Shown here piece by piece: positions 20,388 through 30,125 of a stretch of DNA of 64,000 nucleotides (its first letter is position 1; each line of letters begins with the position of its first letter). Below the pieces are notes generated by a model that had not been told where the DNA came from, made no database searches, and saw nothing but the letters and a program-made list of their open reading frames with translations. The stretch is from positions 2,345 to 66,344 of the IMG/VR virus record IMGVR_UViG_3300027973_000059; one strand, given 5' to 3'. Position numbers and translations under genes: made by a program. This DNA is from a virus.

Positions 20388-20421
20388 AAGCCCTGTAGCC
20401 TAAAAATTACGGGGCTTTTTT
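20388..20421 (+). terminator. rho-independent terminator
   Basis: AAGCCCTGTAG...TTACGGGGCTTTTTT. Confidence 0.75.
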
Positions 20422-20458
20422 GTATCTTTTTCGTATATTTGTTGTACAACTTATTTCA

Positions 20459-21151
20459 ATGAATGTTAATGATATGTATCAGATATGCCAATTTGCAATT
20501 AACAAAGCGCAAAATGGTTATTTAACTCCATCAGAATTTAATCTGACTATAAATCAAGCACAGGTTTCATATCAAGATTATTTATTAGGAGAGTTTCAAC
20601 AATACCAACCCGGAAGACCACAAGCTAGAATTAATTATAGTCAAAATGAAAATATAAGACAAAGGCTTACTCCATTACTTGCAACCGCAGCACTTGCAGT
20701 CAATGCTGGTACTGGTGCTGTAGTGTATCCGGGCGACTATGTTCAAGCGGATAGCTTATTGACTTCTACATTACAAAGAGTTAGATATACTCAACAAGAT
20801 AGCTTATATTCTTATTACAATAGCACAATAGACCCGGTAGCTACTAATCCTATTTATATGATTACTAGTACTGGATTCCAATTTTATCCAATAACAATTG
20901 GTACTGTTACCTTGAACTATATCAAGGAAGCTCCATCAATTGTTTGGGGTTACACATTAGTATCTGGACGACCTGTATATAATCCATCTGCATATAATCC
21001 GGGTCCACCAGCTTCTGGTAGCCAACAACCAGTATGGGCTGATGTAGATTTATTAGAAATAATAGCTAGAGCATTGAAATTAGTTGGCGTAAGTTTACAA
21101 ATTGGTCAAGTAGAACAATATGCTAATCAAGTAACTCAACAAGGACAATAA
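20459..21151 (+). CDS. head-tail adaptor/ring protein
   Basis: NKAQNGYLTPSEFN motif; start placed after the TATATTTG promoter at 20434-20441. Confidence 0.65.
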   Translation: MNVNDMYQICQFAINKAQNGYLTPSEFNLTINQAQVSYQDYLLGEFQQYQPGRPQARINYSQNENIRQRLTPLLATAALAVNAGTGAVVYPGDYVQADSLLTSTLQRVRYTQQDSLYSYYNSTIDPVATNPIYMITSTGFQFYPITIGTVTLNYIKEAPSIVWGYTLVSGRPVYNPSAYNPGPPASGSQQPVWADVDLLEIIARALKLVGVSLQIGQVEQYANQVTQQGQ

Positions 21152-21780
21152 TGACAAGAAATATATTTATAGAAAGAATATTAAGACAGATTTATAATGG
21201 GCAGCCATCTGATGATAGCAGCATTACTTATAATCTAGTTAATCAATGGCTTAATGATGCTATTGGTTTGGCTGTTAAAAAGAATTATACAGATAGTATT
21301 CAAATGGATGGTGTTGCTTATGTAAACAATTCATTTTATACTAGCTATTCTAGTTTGACAATAACACAAGTAGATAATACTACTTTTAAATTTACTTTAC
21401 CACAAATACCAGTAGCACTAGGCAAAAATGAAGGTATAGCTACATTACAATTTAGTAATAGCAAGACCCCAACATCTTTTGGCGCAGTGCCATTAAGTAT
21501 GAATCAAGTAGGTTACCAAGATACATTAAGACCAATTCAAAATAAAGTAGTTTATTGGCCACAAGGTCAAGAGGTTTATATGAGTACAGGAATACCATTA
21601 ACTGCCTATAAAGCTAATGTAAGAATGGTTAGTGGTGGTGATTCAACTGATTTAAATTCAACATTAATTATACCAGATGATTATGTGCCTATTATGGTTG
21701 AGTATATCAAAGCTCAATTAGCCTTTGAAAGGTCAAGACCAATAGACGCAAGTAACGATGGCGTAGATAACAACAACTAA
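21151..21780 (+). CDS. tail ring/structural protein
   Basis: Coupled ORF in the tail module. Confidence 0.6.
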   Translation: MTRNIFIERILRQIYNGQPSDDSSITYNLVNQWLNDAIGLAVKKNYTDSIQMDGVAYVNNSFYTSYSSLTITQVDNTTFKFTLPQIPVALGKNEGIATLQFSNSKTPTSFGAVPLSMNQVGYQDTLRPIQNKVVYWPQGQEVYMSTGIPLTAYKANVRMVSGGDSTDLNSTLIIPDDYVPIMVEYIKAQLAFERSRPIDASNDGVDNNN

Positions 21781-21784
21781 TAAT

Positions 21785-22057
21785 ATGAAACCAATTAGAG
21801 ATTTAGTTTTAGTAAAGCCATTTATGGCGGAAGGTGTTACAGAGGGAGGGTTATTTTTGCCTGAAAACTATATTGAAAGAAGCTGTAAGGCTAAAGTAGT
21901 TTCTACCGGAAGAGGCACAGCTAAAATAAAAATGGAGGCAAAAAAAGATGATATTATTTTTCATATCAAAGGAGCAGGGGAAGCAATTTTATTAAACGAT
22001 GAATTGCATTTTTTGATTCGTCACAATGATATATTAGCTTACGTTTCAAATAATTAA
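21785..22057 (+). CDS. groES: co-chaperonin GroES-like protein
   Basis: MKPIRDLVLVK...TEGGLFLP...KVVSTGRG...IRHNDILA. Confidence 0.85.
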   Translation: MKPIRDLVLVKPFMAEGVTEGGLFLPENYIERSCKAKVVSTGRGTAKIKMEAKKDDIIFHIKGAGEAILLNDELHFLIRHNDILAYVSNN

Positions 22058-22059
22058 AA

Positions 22060-22830
22060 ATGTCACAAGCAAGAAATTATATAACAATAGATTCAGTAAT
22101 CAATGATTACATTGATGAAAGTGAACAATCAGTCCACAAATACGCTAAATTATATAATATAGCAGTTAGGGGAATGGAAAAACTTGGCCTAGATTTTTTC
22201 TATAAAATTAGAACGGTTAAGATACCAATTGATACAACAAACTATACTGCTCAACTGCCTAATGATTACATTAGTTATACTAAGATAGGTGTATTAAACT
22301 CGGTAGGTGAAATTATTCCTTTGAAGTTTAATAACAAAATGACTTATTATGCAGACCAACAGCCAGATAGACTTGCTTTAACGCAAGATAATACATTAGC
22401 AACATGGTATCAATCTGATTTGCCTTTATGGTTTAATTATTGGGATGGATATGGGTTTAATAATATTTATGGCTTACCAAGTGGCTCACCATTTGTAGGC
22501 TCGTTTAATATAGACGATTCTAATGGGGTGGTTCTTTTAAATCAATATTTTTATTATTCTTATTTGATGATAGAATATTTATCTAGCGGAAACCCAGATG
22601 AGCCATTTAGAATACCTATTCAATTTAGAGAGGCATTATTATCATTCTTAGCTTGGAGAGATATAGCATCTATGCCAAGTACGAGAAAAGGTAATCTAGG
22701 CGATAAAAGAGATAGAAAGCAAGAATTTTACAATCAAAGAAGAATTGCTAACGCTCAATTTAAGCCATTGTACTTAATGCAAGCTTACGAACAAAATTTA
22801 GACACACAAAGAATGACTGTAAAAGCTTAG
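22060..22830 (+). CDS. tail tubular/ring protein
   Basis: LPNDYISYTKIG motif; precedes the muzzle gene. Confidence 0.6.
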   Translation: MSQARNYITIDSVINDYIDESEQSVHKYAKLYNIAVRGMEKLGLDFFYKIRTVKIPIDTTNYTAQLPNDYISYTKIGVLNSVGEIIPLKFNNKMTYYADQQPDRLALTQDNTLATWYQSDLPLWFNYWDGYGFNNIYGLPSGSPFVGSFNIDDSNGVVLLNQYFYYSYLMIEYLSSGNPDEPFRIPIQFREALLSFLAWRDIASMPSTRKGNLGDKRDRKQEFYNQRRIANAQFKPLYLMQAYEQNLDTQRMTVKA

Positions 22831-22836
22831 AAATAA

Positions 22837-25800
22837 ATGCCAATTATAAATAACCCTTTTAATGGTAAGCTTAATTTAGATGTTGCGGAATATAGAATAT
22901 CCAATGGCGATTATATTGATGCTTTAAATATAACCAAAGACGCACAAGGAATTAGTCAAGATATGGTTATTTCGAATATAATTGGGAATACGTTAATTCC
23001 TTATACTTTACCAGAAGGAACTAATAAAGTAATTGGATTTTATTCAGATAAAATAAGGAATAGAGCATATTATTTTCTTTGGAATAGTGAAGGGTATAAT
23101 AGTATAATCTATTATGATTTGAGTAATGATTCTATTACAACAGTATTAGAAAGTAGAACAGATAGCGATGATATTGATATTTTAAATTTTAATCCTTCAT
23201 ATAAAGTTCTTTCAGTTAATATATTTTATAGAGATGATGAGGGTGATTTGCTATTCTTTAATGATGGTTTAAATCCTCCAAAAAATATTAATGTAAATGA
23301 TAATTATGGGACATCTTGGAAATATGAGTATTTATTAATAGCTAAAGCTCCACCAATAATGCCTCCCAAGGTAGTTTATGAAAATGATACTACAGTAACA
23401 ATTAATAATTTAAGAAATAAGTTATTTCAATTTACATATAGATATGTGTATGTGAATAATGAAAAATCTGTATGGAGTTCTAAAAGCATAGTTCCACTTC
23501 CTCAACAAGATACTTTATTGTTAACTGATGATGTAATATTTACAAACAATTCAAGGATTTCTGTATCAGTATCTACTGGTGGTTTAGATGTAAAGGGGGT
23601 AGAAATTTCATTTAGAGAAACATCTAATGGTTTTACAAGCGATTGGTATTTTATTAAATTATTTAATAAATCCGATTTGGGTATAGATGATAATGTTATA
23701 TATACATATAATTTTTATAACGATAGCCTATATACGCAAATTGATGTTTTAGAAACATCTCAATTGCAAGATTTTGTTCCACAAAAAGCAAATGCAGCTG
23801 AATTAGCTAATGGAAATGTTTTATTATATTCTGGTATAACGGAAAGTTATAATAAAACAAATATGAATTTAGTTGGAAATTCTTTTTCTGATTTAGATGG
23901 GTATTATTTTGATTATTGTGGATTATTATTTTTTGCAACTAGCAATGGGTTAAATAGTGGCGTATATGGTACAATACTAAAAATTTATTTATTTGGTACT
24001 GGTGCAAATACTACAAATATTGTAAGCATTTTAAATAATGCAAATACGGAATTTGTTATTAACGCTGTTGATGATACTGGTGCAGATATAGGAATGACAT
24101 ATACCAATGCTTCTGCAACAGGTAATGTAAGCGCTATTTTAACTGCAATATCTAATGCTTTGATTGCAAACGGCTGGTCTAATTCAAGCATTGAAAATAA
24201 TATATTAACAATAAGTTTTAGTGCAGGATTTTTATTGCAATCAAGTGGAAATAAATTTATAGAAACAGCTGACAATACAGTATTTGCAAATACATGGAAT
24301 GCCGGGTATGCTTATGCTTTGCAATATTTTGATGCAGAAGGTAGAACTATAGGCGCTCAAACTAGCTTAACAGCCACAATTAATACTCCAAATTCAGGAT
24401 ATAATTGGTATAGTCAACCTTTTCTTGAGATATTAAATAGACCACCATTAGAAGCTACTTACTATCAAGTATTAAGGTCTAATAACACAACTTATAATAA
24501 AAGATTATTTTGGATAAGCAGAGGGGCTTATGCTAGTACATCTCAAGATACAACAGTTCAAAGATTTGCTTATTTAGATATAAGTAATATAGAAGATTAT
24601 AATTTACAAATAACATCTACTCAAGGAGTAGTTTCATATAATTTTGTTCAAGGGGATAGAGTTACATTTTTAGCTAGATACAATGCAAATAATGATGTTA
24701 TTCCAATTTACGAGCAATATGATTTTGAAATTTTAGGTACTGAATCTACTATTGTTTTAGAAAATGGCACTAGAAAATTAGGAAATTTTATTAAATTTTT
24801 ATATCCAGAAGCTGCTAATAATAACTTTAATTTTAGTTTTGGTGCATTACCATTGCCTTTTGGCACAACTGCGGAAGATTTCTTGCATTATCAAATATTT
24901 TTATATAATTATAGGAGTAATGCTAGCGCTACAGAAAGATTATATTACGAATTTGGTAAATGTTATGGAATAGGCAATCCGGGTACAAGTCTTGCATATC
25001 ATATGGGAGATGAAACACAATCAGCTACAAACCCATCAACAAGTCCTGCAATTGTAAGTATGGCTAATGGAGATTTATTTTTTAGAAAAAGAAAAGTTCC
25101 ATATAATGATAATTATATATTTACATCAGGTGCTACTAGTCAAGATATTAATTCAATAATGCAAATTAATGTAATACCTACAAGTCCAATTTCAAATTCA
25201 AGTTATATTGTTAAAACACAAGATTTTAATAATAATCTACCTGCTAATTTTCCAACATTTTCTAGTTCAAATTATTTCTTTTGGAATATATTAGCAACAA
25301 AAGCGTTAGTATTAAAATTAAAAGCTGATTTTTCTGTATATCAATCACAAGATAATAATAATACTAATTTCAATTTTAGGGCGCTTATAATATCATCTAC
25401 TTCTTCAAGTTTAATTGACTTATTCCCAACTAAAATTGTTCAATCTCAGGTACAAACATCTTTTGTACTTGATAATGTAATTTCTATTCCACCTAATTCA
25501 AAGCTTTGGTTACTTTGTTATACAGAAAACATTTTAGCTGGTGAAACATTTACCATCAATCCATTTAATTTAAATTTTCAAGTATTAAAAAATAGTATAA
25601 TAAATATTATTGAGTCTAGTTTTATTGATACATATAATTTAGTTACTAATAGTAATGGAAGGGCTTCGGTAATTGATGAGAATGCGAAACAAACATATTT
25701 CCCAACTTTAATTAGATTTGGTGGGGCATACCAAGTAAACACAAATATTAATAAAATTAATAATTTTGTATATGAAAATTTTGATGAGTATGATAGAAGT

Positions 25801-26955
25801 TTTGGTGATGTACTAAGATTGCATGTTAGAGATAGATATTTAAAAGTTTACCAAAAGTTTAAGGTAGGCAATGTGCCTATTTTGACTCAAATAGTTAAGG
25901 ATAGCGCCAATAATCCATTACAAGCAAATACCGATACCTTAATTAATAAGATTCAGTATTACGCTGGTGATTATGGGATTGGAGATGCAGCAACAAGTCT
26001 AGCTTGGAATAATTTTGCCGATTACTTTGTAGATAATTATAGAGGTGTAGTTTGTAGATTAAGTCAAGATGGTATTACTCCAATAAGTATTACCAATAGA
26101 GTGAATGCATTCTTTGTAGCTAACCTTACCGCTTACAGACAAGAATTAAACAATGGAGTATCTGCTGAAGCGGGTTTGCCATATGGTGGTAACCCTTGTA
26201 TCTATGGTGTATTTGATGCTTATACTAATAAGTATATCCTTGGAATGGAGGAAATCAATAGATATGAACCAGATTGTAATTATAACGGAGGAACAGCTAC
26301 TACTATTATTTTAGATTGTACATTTAACGGAGGGACAGCTACTTTGCCGCCAATTGATTGCGCATTAGTTGGAGGTACATTTGTTGCTATTCCGGGTCCA
26401 AATACATATGCTTTAGGCATTAGTGGTCCTGCGGGAGGCACATTTGCTTGTGCTAATTATTATAATGATACCACAATACTTTATACAGCGTCAGGAGTTA
26501 CAGTTTTAGCTAATGGGGTTCATTTATATTCAGTTTATAATACAGTAGATGCCCCAGCAGGATTTTATTCTGATAGTATAAATTCTTGGGAAATTGTAGC
26601 TGGTGGTATATTAGCTAATCAAACAGCTTGTCCTATGCCGGGTTCTCTTGCAGTTACTCAAGTGATAGGTGGTATTACGTCACAGCAGCCAACACCGGGA
26701 AATTACGAATGGTATCCAAATGCAACAGTTAGCATAAATATGCCATATATATCAGATATTACATTTGTAGTTGAAGTAGATTATGATGCATATTTAAGTA
26801 CTCAATTTATATCTGTAACAATACTAGCGGGTAATACTACTGGTTTTGGAGAAAATGGGCCATTCACAGGTCTTGTAACCACTCCTAATGTAGTTTCAGA
26901 ATGTATATTTTCATGTGATACACCAAGTGTAGATTTAACTGGATATTCGTGTTAA
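22837..26955 (+). CDS. tail stabilisation/muzzle protein (N-terminal part plus C-terminal extension)
   Basis: GKLNLD...NGDYIDALN start, FFNDGLNPPKNIN, YFVDNYRGVVCRLSQDGITPIS. Confidence 0.75.
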   Translation: MPIINNPFNGKLNLDVAEYRISNGDYIDALNITKDAQGISQDMVISNIIGNTLIPYTLPEGTNKVIGFYSDKIRNRAYYFLWNSEGYNSIIYYDLSNDSITTVLESRTDSDDIDILNFNPSYKVLSVNIFYRDDEGDLLFFNDGLNPPKNINVNDNYGTSWKYEYLLIAKAPPIMPPKVVYENDTTVTINNLRNKLFQFTYRYVYVNNEKSVWSSKSIVPLPQQDTLLLTDDVIFTNNSRISVSVSTGGLDVKGVEISFRETSNGFTSDWYFIKLFNKSDLGIDDNVIYTYNFYNDSLYTQIDVLETSQLQDFVPQKANAAELANGNVLLYSGITESYNKTNMNLVGNSFSDLDGYYFDYCGLLFFATSNGLNSGVYGTILKIYLFGTGANTTNIVSILNNANTEFVINAVDDTGADIGMTYTNASATGNVSAILTAISNALIANGWSNSSIENNILTISFSAGFLLQSSGNKFIETADNTVFANTWNAGYAYALQYFDAEGRTIGAQTSLTATINTPNSGYNWYSQPFLEILNRPPLEATYYQVLRSNNTTYNKRLFWISRGAYASTSQDTTVQRFAYLDISNIEDYNLQITSTQGVVSYNFVQGDRVTFLARYNANNDVIPIYEQYDFEILGTESTIVLENGTRKLGNFIKFLYPEAANNNFNFSFGALPLPFGTTAEDFLHYQIFLYNYRSNASATERLYYEFGKCYGIGNPGTSLAYHMGDETQSATNPSTSPAIVSMANGDLFFRKRKVPYNDNYIFTSGATSQDINSIMQINVIPTSPISNSSYIVKTQDFNNNLPANFPTFSSSNYFFWNILATKALVLKLKADFSVYQSQDNNNTNFNFRALIISSTSSSLIDLFPTKIVQSQVQTSFVLDNVISIPPNSKLWLLCYTENILAGETFTINPFNLNFQVLKNSIINIIESSFIDTYNLVTNSNGRASVIDENAKQTYFPTLIRFGGAYQVNTNINKINNFVYENFDEYDRSFGDVLRLHVRDRYLKVYQKFKVGNVPILTQIVKDSANNPLQANTDTLINKIQYYAGDYGIGDAATSLAWNNFADYFVDNYRGVVCRLSQDGITPISITNRVNAFFVANLTAYRQELNNGVSAEAGLPYGGNPCIYGVFDAYTNKYILGMEEINRYEPDCNYNGGTATTIILDCTFNGGTATLPPIDCALVGGTFVAIPGPNTYALGISGPAGGTFACANYYNDTTILYTASGVTVLANGVHLYSVYNTVDAPAGFYSDSINSWEIVAGGILANQTACPMPGSLAVTQVIGGITSQQPTPGNYEWYPNATVSINMPYISDITFVVEVDYDAYLSTQFISVTILAGNTTGFGENGPFTGLVTTPNVVSECIFSCDTPSVDLTGYSC

Positions 26956-26973
26956 AAATAAAAATAATATAAT

Positions 26974-27198
26974 ATGTCATTTTCAGCAACAATAAGTTTA
27001 GTAAGTGGGGGTGTAAATACTGGACCATTTGACCTTTATTCTAATACTGATTCATATACAAGCGCTTTTGCTAGTGGTATAAGTTTAGCATCAATGATAA
27101 CAGGGTATATAGCACTTACTGTTCCAACTTCAACAACAACTTGCAGAGTAAAATCTGCTGGCGAATGTGTCAACTATGTAGATATTCTAATTTCTTAA
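26974..27198 (+). CDS. small structural protein (paralog of next gene)
   Basis: TGPFDLYS...RVKSAGECVNYVDI. Confidence 0.6.
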   Translation: MSFSATISLVSGGVNTGPFDLYSNTDSYTSAFASGISLASMITGYIALTVPTSTTTCRVKSAGECVNYVDILIS

Positions 27199-27217
27199 TA
27201 TATATAAAAAATTAAAA

Positions 27218-27436
27218 ATGATTGTAACGTTAACATTAAATGGAGGTCAAGGAGTTTCTTTAGGACCAGTTTTTAATCTTACAGCAGATGTGGGGGTAGT
27301 AAGTCCTCATACAGTAACTTTGACGCAATTATTGGCAGGATTAGAAATAAATGTAGATATTATTGCTACGGAGGTAATTGTGCAATCTACTGGAAATTGC
27401 ACTAATTCATTAACCATTCCAATAGTACCAGCATAA
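27218..27436 (+). CDS. small structural protein (paralog of previous gene)
   Basis: LGPVFNLT...VQSTGNCTNSLTI. Confidence 0.6.
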   Translation: MIVTLTLNGGQGVSLGPVFNLTADVGVVSPHTVTLTQLLAGLEINVDIIATEVIVQSTGNCTNSLTIPIVPA

Positions 27437-27993
27437 TGCCAAATACTTTATTATTTCATCAAGACCCATATACCATCTCATTTGATGAGGTAGGTAATAA
27501 TTTTGAGTCATTTTATTCGTATTACCCAGAGTATTATGGATGTCTTAATACTAAGCTATTTTCATTTAAAGATGGTGAAATATGGGCGCATAATAATACA
27601 AGTACATATTGTAATTTTTATGGTGTTCAAGGGGATGCATCTATAACTACCGTATTTAATTCTGGGTCATTGGATAAAAAGACTTGGGTTTCCATTATGG
27701 AAACAGGCAATATCGCATGGGCTTGCCCAATAATATATACCCAAATGGACACAGGGGGAACAAGTAATAATAAGCAAGAAAGCGAACTTTTGGCATCAGA
27801 TTTTACTATTTTGGAATCTGAGTACCAAGCATCATTTTTAAGGGATTCTAACAGCCCCGGAGGGCTTGTAGAAGGGGATAGTTTAAAAGGTGGTTACATG
27901 GTCGTAAAATTTGAGAAAACAAGTGCCAATTCTTTCGTATATTTGAACAGCGCAACAACTAAATTCATCAATTCAGCATTAAATAATAGATAA
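27436..27993 (+). CDS. muzzle protein C-terminal domain as a separate ORF
   Basis: TISFDE...FESFYSYYPE...FSFKDGEIWAHN...NFYGVQ...SITTVFN. Confidence 0.6.
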   Translation: MPNTLLFHQDPYTISFDEVGNNFESFYSYYPEYYGCLNTKLFSFKDGEIWAHNNTSTYCNFYGVQGDASITTVFNSGSLDKKTWVSIMETGNIAWACPIIYTQMDTGGTSNNKQESELLASDFTILESEYQASFLRDSNSPGGLVEGDSLKGGYMVVKFEKTSANSFVYLNSATTKFINSALNNR

Positions 27994-27995
27994 TT

Positions 27996-28811
27996 ATGGA
28001 CCCATTTACAATTGCCGCTATCGCAGGAGGCGCACAAGCATTAGGCGGTGCTGCACAAAGCATTTTTAGCGGTAGAAAAAAAGCCGAAAGAGAATTAAAT
28101 GCATTTGCAAAACAAAGTCCATTATATCAAGGTAGTAAATCAATTAATGATTATTACCAACAAGCAATGAATAGATATAATGAAAATCCTTATCAATCTC
28201 AACAATATCAACTAGGTTCTATGAATGCTCAAAGAGCAACAGCTCAAGGCATTGGCGCATTACAAGATAGACGTTCTGCTATTGGAGGTATTGGTAGATT
28301 AGCGGCAGGGCAACAAAATGCTATGCAAAATTTAGGCGCACAAGCAGAAGCTCAAAGAAATCAAAGATTTGGTCAATACGGTCAAGCATCGCAAGCAAAA
28401 GCTTCTGAAGATTATAAAATGTTTGATATTAACCAAATGACTCCATATAACAGACAATTACAATTAAAACAATTGGCAGCTCAAGCAGCAAACGAAAGAA
28501 ATAATGCGGGGCTTCAAATGGTGGGTAGTGCATTAGGCGGTGTAGCTCAAGCAGGAATAATGTCTGGGTATAATAAATTGCCTGTTGATAAATTGCCTCT
28601 TGATAAAGTAGCAAATCTTCCATCTCCTTCTTTTGGCAATCCAAATGCTGGAAAGTTTGCTTCATTAAGTAAATTAGGGACTTTAGGTGCAAATTTTGGA
28701 ACATATAAATCTATATTTGGTAATAAATATTCATTACCAAATATTGGCGGGATATCTCAAGCAAATAATTATCCACAAATTCAAGGTGAATCTTTCTATC
28801 CAGAATATTAA
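27996..28811 (+). CDS. putative ejected (internal virion) protein
   Basis: A/G/Q-rich; hydrophobic N-terminus MDPFTIAAIAGG. Confidence 0.6.
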   Translation: MDPFTIAAIAGGAQALGGAAQSIFSGRKKAERELNAFAKQSPLYQGSKSINDYYQQAMNRYNENPYQSQQYQLGSMNAQRATAQGIGALQDRRSAIGGIGRLAAGQQNAMQNLGAQAEAQRNQRFGQYGQASQAKASEDYKMFDINQMTPYNRQLQLKQLAAQAANERNNAGLQMVGSALGGVAQAGIMSGYNKLPVDKLPLDKVANLPSPSFGNPNAGKFASLSKLGTLGANFGTYKSIFGNKYSLPNIGGISQANNYPQIQGESFYPEY

Positions 28812-28829
28812 TTATTAAAATAATAAAAA

Positions 28830-30101
28830 GTGGCAGCAACAGGATTATTAGGAATAAACCCATATCAAAAAGGAGTAGCTATAGATATATCATCTAAGCC
28901 AATTAATTTAGCTATTCAATTAGAACAAAAAGAAGCAGCTAAAAGAGATGCCTTAGATAAGTATTTCATGGATTACGAAAAGACTTTAAGTCAAAATGGA
29001 ATGCGTCCTCAAGACCAAAATTTATTTTTAAGCAAATTAGGGGAAGCTAAACAATATTATTTTAAAAATAGAGATAAGATATTAAATCCAGCTAAATACG
29101 GAGCAGAAGCTCAATCAACCTATAGTTCTTTATTAAGAGAAGGTCAAAGTTTAATAGGAGAATCAAAAGCTCAATTAGAAGATGACAAATTGGTAGCTCG
29201 AAATATTTATAATGCTACTCAACAAGGTAAAACAATACATGATGGCTTAATACCAATGATAGATGCTTCTCATCGTAATATAAGGGACAAAGAATTTAAA
29301 AGAGTTGACCCTTATGCTTTACAATTTGATGACCCTTTTAAATTAGACCAATTTGAAAAATCTATATTTGCAGGAATTGAACCTAACAAAGTAAATTCTG
29401 GGTATAGAACTAATTCTGCTGGCCAAGTAATTAATTTATATAAAAATGAATATGACCCACAAAGCTTAAAAGTATTTGGTAATAGGGCTAAATCATTATA
29501 TGAAACAAATCCCGCTGTGGCAAGAGAAACTAATAGATTAATTAAGACAGGAGATTATTTAGACCTTCAACCATATTATGAAAAATTAAATCCTAAAAAA
29601 AATATACAAAATGCAGAGCCATCTGATGTAGCTGCCGCTTTTGCATTAAGTTTAAAGCAACTTGGTAAAACTATTGAAACAGCACCTGCATTTAGACCAA
29701 GTGGACCACAACAAGAACAATATAGTCCAGAGGAACACTTAGATAGAATAATAACAGAAAGTCCACAAGAATTAGATTTTACTATAAATGGTAAAAAAAT
29801 GAATGGTAATCAAATTGATTTACCAGAAGTATTGAAAAATAAATATGGTAAAAAAATTGGTGATGCAACGTATAGACCTAGTTATTTTATAATTTCAAAA
29901 AATAAAGGTACACTTTACCCTATTTATGTTGAAGGTAAAACAAAATCAGGTAATGATGAAATAACAACTGGCGACCCTATATCGGTAGTAAACGATTTAT
30001 TACCTGCTATGGGTGAGCAATATGCAGGGAAAGCGTTTTTAAGAAAAAGTCCTATAACTGGTTTAAGTACCAGTGGAAGTAAGAAAAAGAAAGTTTGGTA
30101 A
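28830..30101 (+). CDS. putative ejected protein
   Basis: Position after the first ejection gene. Confidence 0.55.
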   Translation: MAATGLLGINPYQKGVAIDISSKPINLAIQLEQKEAAKRDALDKYFMDYEKTLSQNGMRPQDQNLFLSKLGEAKQYYFKNRDKILNPAKYGAEAQSTYSSLLREGQSLIGESKAQLEDDKLVARNIYNATQQGKTIHDGLIPMIDASHRNIRDKEFKRVDPYALQFDDPFKLDQFEKSIFAGIEPNKVNSGYRTNSAGQVINLYKNEYDPQSLKVFGNRAKSLYETNPAVARETNRLIKTGDYLDLQPYYEKLNPKKNIQNAEPSDVAAAFALSLKQLGKTIETAPAFRPSGPQQEQYSPEEHLDRIITESPQELDFTINGKKMNGNQIDLPEVLKNKYGKKIGDATYRPSYFIISKNKGTLYPIYVEGKTKSGNDEITTGDPISVVNDLLPAMGEQYAGKAFLRKSPITGLSTSGSKKKKVW

Positions 30102-30125
30102 GATTTAAATTAACAATACAGCAAA

